From Trypethelium eluteriae (Eukaryota), in the NCBI GenBank assembly GCA_051942245.1, contig JAVECL010000161.1:1-41394 (forward strand): a stretch of 41,394 nt of DNA, in the 5' to 3' direction. The notes beneath the pieces are model-generated. The model searched no databases and was not told the origin of the DNA. It worked only from the letters and a program-made list of their open reading frames with translations. Below are positions 1 to 12,856 of the stretch, piece by piece. Both the position numbers and the translations under genes were made by a program. Position 1 is the first letter of the stretch; every line of letters starts with the position of its first letter.

Positions 1-344
1 GGGGGAGGCGGTTCTGAGGGCGTGTTGGGGGAGCCGATGGTGACGATCTTCACTCCGAGGCCGTCATTGCTGGTTGCTGGCATGAAGAGCGTCTGGAGAT
101 TTGTTAGTACCTGTACGACTTAGGCTGTTGAATGCAGGATATGGGTCATTACTGTAGATCCATCGGTACGTTGGAGTGACGTCCGCATAGGTTGATACGT
201 TGAACAACAGCCATTGTCTTCTGTAGCGGTAGAGTAGTAGTGAAGTCCGTCTGCTAGTGATTGCTGAATTTCATATATGTCTTCCTTGTCCAGCGAATGA
301 AGAATTGACTTAACATCGTGGTCCGTAAGGATTGTGAGTGGCAT
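1..344 (-). CDS. Ornithine cyclodeaminase/mu-crystallin family protein (PrnX-like); 5' part, runs off the window
   Basis: Exon 344-153 (MPLTILTDHDVKSIL...QPMRTSL), intron 152-93 (GTAATG..TACTAAC..CAG), exon 92-1 TLFMPATSNDGLGVKIVT, typical of the family N-terminus. Confidence 0.8.
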
Positions 345-838
345 GTTTATATCTGCAGGTGGGGCAGCTCCAGTGAAATGCCACCCTATCCTTCCAGCTA
401 GAAATAGGTAGGCTTGCAAGGGGCCAGAAACTTTGGTGTAGCTTGATTGTTTGAAAGGCGGCGCTGATATATAGGTAGGTATGTACCTACCTGTCAGGAG
501 ACGATGATCACGATAATCTTGTGTCTACTTTGGGTGTTGTGTTACGACTGACGTATTAATATTCGACCGGCTACTGAATTATGAGATTTCTGAAGCCAAT
601 GACAACAGCGGGGCAAAATAAGGGCCTTGTGTCGGGACTCGGCGTGCACTAGATCATACCGCTAAATAATTGCCGCTGCAACTTCTACACTTGGGATTTG
701 CACACAATCACTGCTCCTTTACGGAGTACCATTGTATATGTAGTTCTCGGTACTACAAGGAAGAAATCATTCAGATACTGGAGGCGATAACGCCTAGCAA
801 CCCTTGTAAATGGAGATGACAAGCGCAAAGACAATGCT

Positions 839-2014
839 CTATATCTTGATAGCAGACTCCAGAGCCTTGCGCTTCTTCTCCTGCCGTGCGTTGGCCTTTG
901 CACCCATGATACCACCACCCCAGTGTCTTCTGTTTTCCTCGTATTTCTCGATGTAACCCTCTTTGACGGTCTGCACAAGCTTCGATAGCTCTGATTTGTC
1001 CTCTTGTTTGACCTCGGTCAGAGCAAGCACGGCTGCGGTCTACTTAAATCAGACAGAGAACCCCACGAAATTGGTAATTCAACATACCTTTTGGTGAACA
1101 ACAGTGCCAAGTCTAGCCTTGCCCTTCACAATAGCGTAGGGGACACCCATCTTCCTGCACAGAGCTGGAAGGAATATGACGAGCTCAATCGGGTCAACAT
1201 CGTGAGCAATCAGGACTAGAGCGGTCTTCTTGTTCTCGATCAAGCCCACTACATGATTGAGCCCGTATTTGACAGTATACGGCTTGCTGGAGACATCCTC
1301 CTTCTTCTTGCCATCAGCGACAGCAGTGGCCTCTTTGTGCAATCTTTCCTTCTTCTCGGCCTTGGTCTCTGGGCGATATTTGCTGAGGAACTTGAAAGTT
1401 TGTGCGGCAGTGTTGCGGTCGAGGACGTTGGTAAATTGCGCAATCGCAGGAGGAACTTTGAGACGGAGATGGAGGATCTTCTTCTGGCGCTGGAGACGGA
1501 CATATTCGGGCCTTGTTCATTAAGCAAGATCCACATACGATTCAGCTGCTGAACTCACCATTTTACCATACGAGAAAGATTACGCTTTGGCTGAATGTCT
1601 TGTCCAATACCAAAGTTGCGGGGACGTCTCTCGATAAGTGGGTTCTGATTTGATCAGTAAGTACGCTTGCGCATAAGTATTTGGAGGAGCTTACCTGAGG
1701 CTTCTTCTTGGAACCACCAGCCCGACCCTGAGGGAAGGGAGCCGGCGCGGCTTTCTTACCCGATTTCGGAGGCTGTCATTGAGAGAGAAAACATCAGCGA
1801 CTCTGGTTCACTGAAGATCTCTTGATCTCTAAAGAGCTGCAGTCCACGTCTCCATAGACTACAACTCAAGCCTGGCTGCCAGCAGCTGATGCCGATCCAT
1901 TCTCATGGTGGCATTGGGGTTCTTGAATGCAAAAAGCAGACAACTGCTTAAGTATTTCGAGGTATGGAAGGGAAATCAAGGCCGACCGAAATGATTGCAG
2001 TTTGAGCTTACCAT
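839..2014 (-). CDS. RPL8: 60S ribosomal protein eL8 (L7a/L8)
   Basis: Exons 2014-2012 (ATG only), 1772-1695, 1644-1559, 1511-1088, 1039-839. Spliced product contains [29 protein letters not shown] and [25 protein letters not shown]. Confidence 0.98.
1794..1949 (-). other. Structured RNA hairpin array in RPL8 intron 1
   Basis: 15-bp stem with GAGA tetraloop (1834-1867, 4 GU pairs valid only on the transcribed strand), second GAGA-capped hairpin (1889-1914), further hairpins at 1934-1949, 1814-1829 and 1794-1814. Confidence 0.65.
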
Positions 2015-2232
2015 ATTCGCGTTCTCCTGCCGTGGTCTGGCAATGTGGGTAGACGGCGTGGGTAGATTGAGTCGCGAAGGAAAACTGGTGGTGTGCGCGG
2101 TTTCTTAAGCGAGGTCTGTGCTTTGGACCCAGTCGTGACTGAGGCGGTGAGTGTATCACTCTTTCTGCCGCTCAACCTCTTATACTCTGTACTCCGTGCA
2201 TATCATTCAAGCTTTCAGGTCTTTACCTAACG

Positions 2233-2409
2233 TACCTTACCGCGGGGGGGACGGTTTTCAGCTGGCAGCAAACATAATACTACCTTGATTTTGCTCATGT
2301 TGGCCCATATTAACGCCGCCTTAACATAGGCAATTATGGTCACAACAGTAAAATTGAAATAGTATTGTATTTATTACCGGTCGAGGAACCCCCCAACCGC
2401 GGTAAGGTA
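2233..2409. mobile_element. MITE-like non-autonomous element
   Basis: Perfect 13-bp terminal inverted repeat TACCTTACCGCGG (2233-2245) / CCGCGGTAAGGTA (2397-2409), continued by G-run and C-run. AT-rich non-coding interior. TA at both ends and CTAACG repeated in both flanks. Confidence 0.6.
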
Positions 2410-2887
2410 GCTAACGACAAGATATCCTGCACGAACCCCAGCTATAACTTTATTATTGGACGCTAATAAATTGTTAATCATTTATCACTGTTCCAGTAAT
2501 GTCCTTGGGATAATCTGTACGATTAGTCCTGGTGAAATCCAATGTTTAAGCAAGATGTGTGTCAAAAACCGTTGAGACTGTCACGCCGCCGCAGAGAGGA
2601 CTCCAAACTCGCCCATTCTTACGTGAGAAAAGTCTCACGCGATCTAAAATGGTGTTGGGCAGCTCGAAGTGCCCCGTGCGTCAAAAACGCGTGCGACGTG
2701 CCAGGTACCCCCCAGCCAAGGTACTCTTCGCCGTCACGGCTATGCCCCTACAGTTTCAACCTTCCTAGGAACTCAATTGAGGGCCTCCAGGGCTGTGGAA
2801 TGTTTCTAACCTATGATCTGCTATTCCCTGTCCACCGTTTCGGAAGACTCACTTCTTCTATTGTGTATCCGTTTTTAGCATTTTGTT

Positions 2888-5371
2888 ATGGAGTTGGGCT
2901 ACGGCGGCCGGGATCACCCCATGAATGAGAGCAAGAATGACGGTGATATCGATCCATCTATCTACTCGGATTCAAATGCTCTATTTGAGATGTTCGGTGC
3001 TGGCAAACCAGGAGGATTGCCAATGCCATCAATGCTTACAGCTTCAGAAGTTCGCTCCAAGTCCGAGACTCTTTCGTCGTCCATTTTTGACTCGTGGAAC
3101 TCGCTGAGGGTCATAGTCGAGCGACATGAAGCAACAGTTCGCAAAAGGTGGTCAAAGCGAACAAGGGAGCAGCGGAAGAAGATCCTTCTTACGGCATGGC
3201 CTAGCATGTCAGTCCCACATCGTCCTGATATCGACGCTTTCAAAAAGAAGAAGAATCTTCGAGCCGCTTTTATGTGGCCCTACCTCAATGTGGATGATCT
3301 TTCCAAGCCAAAGCTCTTTCTCATTCTGTTGAATGCAAGAGCTCGAAACCAGCCGTTTTTATTTGCTCGAGCCGACATCGATGCTTGTCGCATTGGTCTC
3401 ACCTAGCAGAATCTGGTGCCAGGATTTCTCAACGAGTATGTCATGATGTTTACGGGCAGAACAGATGCTGCTACTTATGGTGAATTGATTGCCTGGGATG
3501 ATCATCCAGATGCATTCGATTGGTTAAGGTTTCAACGTGGCGCCCATCCTGGAGAAGGGCTTCTTATTCTCGAGATTCAGGACCGTCTCTATAAATTCCT
3601 CACCGAATGTTGCAAGGAAATTTTGCGAGATATGACTGATACGGTTCTAATGGGATCGGATGCGTCTCCTCAACCAGAACCTCCTTCCATATTAACCAGT
3701 GATCTCGGGCTAGGATCAATAGCCTCGAGCATCGCAGAAGCACCATACCGAGTTCCTGCGGAGCTGAACCTGGAGCGTTTGGAGTCGATCGTCGAAGCCA
3801 AGCTGTTAAGCACACAGGATCATGTTTGGGCGCTCCGAGAGGATCCTGGATACTTCGCATCCGTGCTACAAGAGTATAAAGATCACAGACAAGAGACAAT
3901 GCTCGACGTGAACGGAAAGAAACATCCGCTCCTTGCTATTCCGACGCAGGAACGTGTGTTCTGGGAACGCGTCATAAACAACTCAATTATAGCCGCCCTC
4001 GCCGAAGTCGAAATTTGGGGCGTTCTTCTCGATAAAGTGCTTGAGTTAAGGCGCTTGGCAAGGAAATACTCTACTGAAATCGATCCTGAGAGAGATTTAC
4101 CGGAGGAATATGCTTTTGCCTTTTACACCCTCTATCATCATTTGCAACGTTATACCAATGGCCCAATTGACAGCCTCAAGCATGGATTTGTTGCATCGCC
4201 ACCCGTACGGCCACACTTCAGTCGACAACCCCAAGACCCAGGAAGTACTATCATACGTATTGCAAAGCGTACCGACCTGAAGGATGAGGCTACTAGAGAC
4301 ACGATCATTTGGGTATTCATGACTCTTTTTGACGAGCAGAAACTCCACCTTGCCGGGTTGAGCACTCTAATGGACGAGCTTGAACGCCTTCAAGGCAACG
4401 AGCCAAAAGCTAAAGATTTGATATCTCCATGGGTGGAGGATAAAATCTCTGATCTTGCGATTCTATCGCATTGTCGGCATCAGGTCGAGCTCTACCAGCC
4501 ATGGGCCGCGTCGTTTGAGGATCAGATGGCAGAAAGAAAACAAAATATTGACGATGACTTTCTCCGTACACAAGGATTCTTTGAGAAATACTTTGGTACT
4601 GGGATCGGACCTTCCGCTGTCTCACTCGGTATTCCTGATAGCGGCAAGTTCCGCTATCCAGCTGATAAACGAAAGACGAGGGAAAATATTGAAGCCATGC
4701 GGCAAGCTGAGAATAATCTGGATAACTTCTGGCGCGAGATTGATAGGAAATTCAAGAATATCTATGCATCCTCTCCTCGTATCCGAGCCATGTTATCTCA
4801 ACGCATTCTAGAACGAACGCCAGAATGGGTCGAGCCAATCAAGCCAGCGGAAGCCGACGGCTCGGGGGCGAGTTTGGAGCCTCTGATCAAACCACTATCG
4901 GAGCTCGGCTTCGGCCCTGGGGATGGTAAAGAAAATACGATTGGCCGTGATTATCAACAGCCAACAAAGGTCAAAACTAAGACTAGAGGGGCTCCATCAG
5001 CACAACCATCCTCAATAGCCGTCGTTCAACCCAGAACTCAGCCTGATCCACAGCCCACGTATCCGGTTGATAAACGTGCTTTTAAGGTCTTCAAAACAAT
5101 CTTCTACAGGCCTTCGGTCTCCTCTCAACCCGGGGAGATTGCCTGGCATGATTTCATACATGCGCTGTGTTCTACTGGTTTTGTTGCTGAAAAGCTATAC
5201 GGCTCGGTCTGGCAATTTAGCCCCAAAGGTCTCGATGTAGAACGCAGTATCCATTTTCACGAGCCACACCCAAGTGGGAAGATCCCCTTCCTGATGGCTA
5301 GACGCCATGGTAGAAGGCTTAATCGAACATATGGATGGCACGGAAGCATGTTTGTACTTGCCTCTGAATAA
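2888..5371 (+). CDS. Large conserved fungal protein (often labelled 'ipa protein') with C-terminal HicA-like domain; interrupted by an in-frame TAG at 3404-3406 (possible pseudogene or recoded gene)
   Basis: ORFs 2888-3406 and 3416-5371 share a frame and are separated only by TAG (GLT*QNLVPGFLNEY). Motifs WALREDPGYF and GEIAWHDF..GF..GS..F..IHFHEPHP. No usable intron around the stop. Confidence 0.8.
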
Positions 5372-6076
5372 GTTAAATTACAGTCATGCAAAAAAAAGTG
5401 TCCGCTCGCTGGAGCAGGAGAATTGTTGGGGGTTGCCGGATACTTTTATCCTAGTACTGTAGAAGCTAGGTAGGAGCCCGAGAATTTAGTATCGAAATGT
5501 TACTTGTGCTGTCATTTGTGACCTTAATCCGAGACTTCTTCGATTCCTCGCTAAAAGCAAGTCAACAAACGCTTATACCACTCACTTGCCCTGCAAATAC
5601 TATATGTAGATGCCGTTCAAGCTCAGCAGCCGATCGACAGAAGAGTAATCTCTAACAAACTGTCTTGGAAGAGCGCAGTTGGAGCCCATTTCATCCCAAA
5701 TCCAGGGGTTGTCAGGAGTAATAGACTGTCCGGATTAGCTAATACGTTCCTTGCATTAGTTCATGTAACCGTCATGATAAATCTTGACAACACTCGCATT
5801 TATGCAGGTTCTAACCCCATAAACAGAAGAGGCAGAAGAACGATCCGAAAATTAGGCTTCCTACAGGATATGGAAGTCCTGTTGCTGCACTACACGAGCT
5901 GAGGGGCCCCCAGCAAAGCTTTTGACGTCTCGATGACCCACGAATACCGCTGATCAAGACGATTGCGAAGGCAGTATTATTATCATTAGAGTTACTTAAG
6001 AGACACTATATACAAACTGGGTGCACAAAATGAGCCCCAGTCTTCAGTATTCCAATAGCACAAGCGTCAAGATCAT

Positions 6077-7959
6077 TTATAAGGGAACACCATCGGTAAT
6101 TTCTCCATACGGCACAGCGGAGTAATTGCCTGGTAATTCATTAGTCGAAGCGTCATCAGTGGAATCTATTGAAGAACAACTTACCAAAGCAAGCATACTC
6201 GTACTGGCTCAAGTCCAAAGAACTCTCCTGAATGTCAAGGAAGGTACCAACCTCACACCACCCATCGTCTCGTGTACCACAAGCAGGGAATGATTTATAA
6301 AGTGGCAAAGTCCGTTGGTTCAAGATGAAATGAATGTATGTCGTTGGCGGGCCCTCAAGATAGACACCCGACGCATTGGAGCGGTCGGCGGCAACAGGGG
6401 CGGGTGCCTCAATAAGCTCGATGTCCAGACGGGCTCCGAAGGGCTCCAAGTGAGACACGATCAGGTCATGCGGAACCATGTGCGTTGCGGGGAGAACCGG
6501 AGCGAATTGAGTAAAGCCAAACGCAGTGAGGATGCTCATGATATTGGTGTCATGAGAGAAGTCGAAATACAGCGATTGGTTCAGGGGGAAAGTGCTGGGC
6601 ATGCCGTCCAAGGTTACGTTGACCTGAGCCGTAGGGCTAGTAATCAGATGATTTTTCAGACGAGCTAAAACTTCCTGGACATAGCCAATCCCCACACCAC
6701 GGCCGGTTGGGGATTGGAAAGCATTGTTTCTGTATGCCGGATTAGTAAGGTTCACCCTGTCAATTTTTGATAAGATCCCTACCCTGCAAAGTTGATGTCC
6801 ACACTGTACTCGTAACCTTCCCATTCCTCATAGGTGAAAAGATCGCAGAACTCGGAGTAGCCTAGTCCCACGGTCTCGTACGCACAGGTCGATTGCATGT
6901 TATAGACATCTGTGACGTTGAGGTTCAGACCCGGCGCAAGAGGCGCAAGACGAGCAGTTGCGTTTGCCAAGTAAACCGCTGCCCATTGAGCTAGAGCAGT
7001 ATTGCCAGTCGCTGAGACGTTGGTATTAGAGTTGTTGCACTGATAATATCTGTTCTAATCAGAAGATATTCTCTCAAGAAGCGGTATAGAATCCAGAAAT
7101 ACATACCCTGCGAGAGAATTGTTGAACCCGTTCTGCTCGATGATTAGCTCAAGCGTCGCGTTCTGAGTCCACTGCAGGCCAAAGAAACCAGCAAGGAAAT
7201 ACTCTGCCGACTTTGTCATACGGTCTTGCGTTGTTGAGCGGGCAATGATCTTGGAACCATTGTTGTTGTATAGATGACCGTATTGATAGTAATGAAGCAC
7301 ACCAGAATCAAATAATTCTTGTTTGCCGACAGGGACGAGAATTTCGGCGCCTTTCCCAAGCGTATAGTTCCAAGTATTGAGGAACGAGAGCTCGCCGGTG
7401 GCATTGAATTTTCCGGTGGCATTTTGCACCTTGGAGCCAAAAGTAGGGGTGCCACTTCCAGTTGTGGGGTACCGAGATCCGTGACGACTGAGCATATTCA
7501 GCCAGGTGATATTGGCTCCGGGAGGCAGCGCAAATTCGTTAACACCAAAGCCATCTGGATTTGGGAAATAGTGTGAAAGCTGTCCATGGAGCTGGAAGAT
7601 GTTACCGCCTGGAGGAGTATCTGCAATTGGGACCTGGGTTGACTTCAGCATTCTGCTCTCAAACTACTCGGGAGATGCCCACCTGCGTCTCTAGAGGCGT
7701 GTTCGGAATGTAGCTCGTCGAAGCAAATGGAGCGGGATTCGTCTCTGCAAGGAAAGGAGCAGGACCTGTAGGAGTCGGGCCTGTTGGGAACACATCAATT
7801 CTTGAAGTTCTTCTTAACTGCATTACACGGCGTACCAGCAAAGACTTCGGGAGTGGTCTGAAAGTATTGTGGAACAGAAGACGAGGCCTGTCGCCTGTCA
7901 ACAGCTGCCGATTGAACGGTCGCCGCTGCAGCGAGCACAACGAAACGCTTTGCAATCAT
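6077..7959 (-). CDS. Secreted histidine acid phosphatase / 3-phytase
   Basis: Exons 7959-7836, 7780-7683, 7633-7107, 7049-6783, 6729-6185, 6129-6077. Signal peptide MIAKRFVVLAAAATVQS, catalytic RHGSRYP and SHDTN motifs. Confidence 0.93.
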
Positions 7960-8925
7960 CGTGGGCTACACTCCGACCTGACCTGCGTGAATTGACCTTG
8001 ATCAGTGCAGCAGCTTTATTATATCACCGACGCGTCAAGTCGTGGGAGCTTGCTCAATGACAGGGTACAGATGAGCAGCAGATTGCGGCTTAGGAAAGCT
8101 TCACGCTTTGTACCTGGCCTGCACGACTCTGCCGTCATCTTTCCCATCGTAGTGGGTCCGGGATTGAGCTCTCGATCGAATTTTCCAGCTCGAAAGGGAA
8201 GCTCATGGGTACGTGCCGGTCTGGTGGGGACCTGTTGGACGGGGACGTACGGAATAGCGTCATCGTGCTTGACACTCGCCCTCAAGCTGGAGCTGATCAG
8301 GCACTGGTAAACCCCTACCAGGTGCGATGCGTATCCCACGTGCTACCAAATCTTACTTGTGGTCTTTGCTTTTGCTGTCGTGGTGCCTGATCCTCTCAGG
8401 TCCCATGCTGAAGTTTTGACTTCTGATTGGGTTGCGAGTGAGAGCTTGTGAACGCTACCCGCCCGCGGTCTGGAGAACTACCGCTAACGACTCGAACACA
8501 AGCCTTCGACGTCGTTTTCAAGCGAGTAAGGACTCCAGGGCAATCATAATTGACCAATCGCACATCAATTAAACGAAATGAACAGACGATGAGATTTGTT
8601 TACCTAAAACATATGCGTTTGCTTTGGCTTTAGCTTTGTATTTGGATTCTTCCATCCTATCTTGCTGCCGTGTGTATAATTTGTGTCTTTAGACGAAGAC
8701 GAAGATGATGATGAAGAACATTTACGCATCGTAAGGATCGTCTTTTCATGCCACACGAATTGGAAACTGAAGTGGGTGAGAAATCCATCCCGTTGCTCCG
8801 AAGGTGAATGGTATCATGCGCCAGGAATGCCCACGTGCAAAACTCCACGCTAATACATAGGTACGGTACTAAACCCAGAATCCTTCCCAAGTGGCCCCCA
8901 GATGCACCGTGAGATCGATTCAGCC

Positions 8926-11137
8926 CTACCTTGAGCCGCTGATCTTGCCTTTACCTTTCTTCTTCCCCGATCCAGGTTTCTTGGCCTCCGGAAGACTGAC
9001 ATCTCCCTCCGTGATCCCCTCTTCCCCACCCTCCTCCAATTCCTTCAACTTCATCTGCCCACCAATATAGAACTGCATGTCTCGATTGTACTCCTCGAGC
9101 TCTTTGTTCTTCTCCCCCAGCTCTCCCACCTTATCATCCAGATGCTTAATTCTTGTCATCAAGCTCTCGTTGATGGTCTTCTCTTCTTTGAGCTGCGTCC
9201 CCATATCCCGAGCCATCTTTTCGAAGCGCCCTGCCCGCTTCTCCACCCGATCGAGCTGCTTACTAAGATCGGAGGCTGTGGCTTGTGACTCAGTGAGCGC
9301 AGTTTGGACATTAGATAGCTGTCTTGTTGTAGAGTTTGCAGTTCCGATAGCTTTTTCGGCTGCTGTCGACGCCTTGGAAGCTTTGTCGACGGCTCGTTCG
9401 AGCTGCTCTTCAAAATACCGCCGCTGGCTATCGAGCTGCGAGGTCAGAAGGTAGGTATACTCGGTGGACATGTTCTCGAACTTCTCACGAGAGATCGAAT
9501 CAACGCCAATCGCAGTATATGCCGAATTAGGATTTGAAGAGACGTTCATAGATGAGAGCGTCGCAGGAAGATCGACTAGCTTCCCATCCGACTTATTTTG
9601 GATCAGTCGATGAACGTATCCATCACCAGCATAGTCCCAAACGTGCTGAGTCACCACGTCCATAGCATAAGAATGCGAGGTTGCTTCATAGTGGGCAAAG
9701 GCATGAGCGGAGTCGTACCGACCGCAGCCGACATTGCCACATATCAGACAGATCCACAAGTTTGCCGTGGTTCCGCAGACGCTGCATTCATTATCCACAG
9801 CTTCTCCAGGAAGAGGGTATCCACGAAGACCAGTTATAGCATCGTTTTGGGTATATCGACACACTGGGCAGCCGCTTCCTCTCCACTTTTCTAAGCATGC
9901 GCAGTGAAATACGTGTTGACATAGTATTGTGAGTAGTCCAGTCGTCTCGTCCATTCGCTCCAGACAGACTGGGCATGTTGGCAGTTCCACCAGTGACTGC
10001 GTAGGCGGTGCGAAAGGCTTGGCTGACAGGGTCGCTGAGGGATGCACAGATGAGTCCGTGGGTGATAATGAACTCGCTGGAAGAGGAGCTGTAGGATGGG
10101 TCCTGACTGCTGGGGTGAAAGGATCGTTCGTCATATCTGGGAAGTTTGATGGATCTTGGTCTGTCTCGGGCGTTTGGAATTCGATGGACTTGACGAAAAC
10201 GACATGACAAGTTTCAGCCTGTGATAGATTAGCACCGAATACGACGCAAGCTTTTCGATAGGAAATCACTCACGTCCATGCTATTGAAAAGCTTCCCGTT
10301 CCATTCCTTCCGCCATCTCTTAGCTTTATATGCCTCTTTGAACTTCATAAGTACCATGTATTTGTTGCTCTTGCCCGTGCGTATCAAGCGGAAATGACTG
10401 ACATCATTTCTTGTTTGCTCACCCAGGAATCCTAGGAGGTCTGAAGGCGTCATGTATGATGGCACGGCTAGAATGCATAATGTTGTGCAGGCCTCATCGT
10501 CGAACTCCTCAATGCCTGTAGCTTTCTCCACATGTTCAGTTTCCGACCCGGTGCTTGAATCTTGGTCATTGTAGAGCCCCGGTGTCTCCTTACTGTCACG
10601 GTAAAGACGAACGACGCCCCATCCTACCTCAGTATGCTTTGGGTTGATGGGTGCATAGGTGCCTCTGGTTGCCAGACCACCAGGAGAGGCCCTTGTAGCT
10701 GTGCCTTGTTCGATTGAATTTGCCGTGATATTATTCCCAGATGCCGTGACTGGAGATCCCATATCAATACTCTCAATGGCGACGCTTTCGTATCTCCAGT
10801 CCCTCGCTGCCTCTTGGTTGAGCCGCTCCACAGCACTACTACCACTTCCACACAAGGCTTGTATATTCGACGGATTGTCTGAAGCCCTTCTCTTCAGTTG
10901 TATGCGGTCCTTAACCGTTCGGTGAATATCCGACTGTCCTTCGTTACGAAAGCTTCCTTTGTAGGATTTCTGTCTTCGATGCTTCGGAGACGTATGAGGT
11001 GGCAGGGATGTCGTGAAGATATCAGTATTCCGCCGCGGCACGAATAGATTCGCTATTTTGTCACGTTCTCTCCGTATGCCGTCGGACGCTGGATGTGAGT
11101 ACAGTTCAAGAGCCAAGTGGTAGAAGTACGATGGCAT
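8926..11137 (-). CDS. ETP1: BRAP2/ETP1-type RING + ZnF-UBP ubiquitin ligase
   Basis: Exons 11137-10274 and 10218-8926. BRAP2 domain (TLCILAVPSYMTPSDLL), RING-H2 (ELPTCPVCLERMD..CQHVFHCAC), ZnF-UBP (LWICLICGNVGCGRY..VWDYAGDGYVH), C-terminal coiled coil. Confidence 0.95.
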
Positions 11138-11586
11138 TGGTTGGCGTAGAAAGCCTTAGTGAAAGGAATTGCAGTTGAGCAGCGCCTTACGGCAGAAAGC
11201 CGCCGCGCAATCAAGAAACAAATGCTAGAAGGTTCTACCGATGGGTAAAATGGAATGTTTGCCGTGGGCTTCTGGGGTCAGATAAGTGAAGTCTTTGTGA
11301 ATCGAAAGGAGGGAAGTTGCAGCATCATCACCTGCTTCGATAAACTTCAAGTCATACACGGTATTTACGAGGGTCGTCACATGAAAATTACGACTACCTT
11401 GCTGTGTCAATAGCCAGACTTATTCGCGAAAGCTTTGCAGCTTCGCTTTCTCATTGATTGATCTATTTGCGCATAGATATGTTTCCACCTAAGCTAACAT
11501 TAATCCCCTATCATACGCCCATTCGTCAAGCCATTTGGTCACCCGCTTAGAATCATTGATGCCGTGAAAGGAAAGTATCAGCCCTC

Positions 11587-12617
<1,031 letters not shown>

Positions 12618-12838
12618 GATTGAGTCGTTGGGTCTTCTGGTCTGGAGTCTTTGAATGAGAAATTGATTTGGTTTTCGAGTTGCTGCAGGTATGTAGACTG
12701 GTGGTGGGTGTAAGAGTTATCGCAGGCTGTGGAAGTGGAGGTCCTTTTGTAGTGATCGTAAGTGGCGGCCGCGGCTGGGGCTGTGACTAATGCTCGCACG
12801 TAGGTTGCAGGCAGCATGTGGCTGGAGCTTTCCTGGTA

Positions 12839-12856
12839 GAACTTGCTAGAACCTTG
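12839..12856. promoter_or_regulatory. Heat-shock-element-like site upstream of polyubiquitin
   Basis: GAActTGCtaGAAccTTG: four alternating nGAAn/nTTCn units with 2 mismatches, about 220 bp upstream of the ATG. Fungal polyubiquitin genes are known Hsf1 targets. Confidence 0.45.

Noticed and set aside
473..492. Inverted repeat AGGTAGGTA-TG-TACCTACCT
   Set aside because: Low-complexity TAGG/CCTA repeat common in fungal intergenic DNA.
1773..2011. Box C/D or H/ACA snoRNA in RPL8 intron 1
   Set aside because: No RUGAUGA box and no recognisable guide; the only CUGA is the branch site. Kept only as a structured element.
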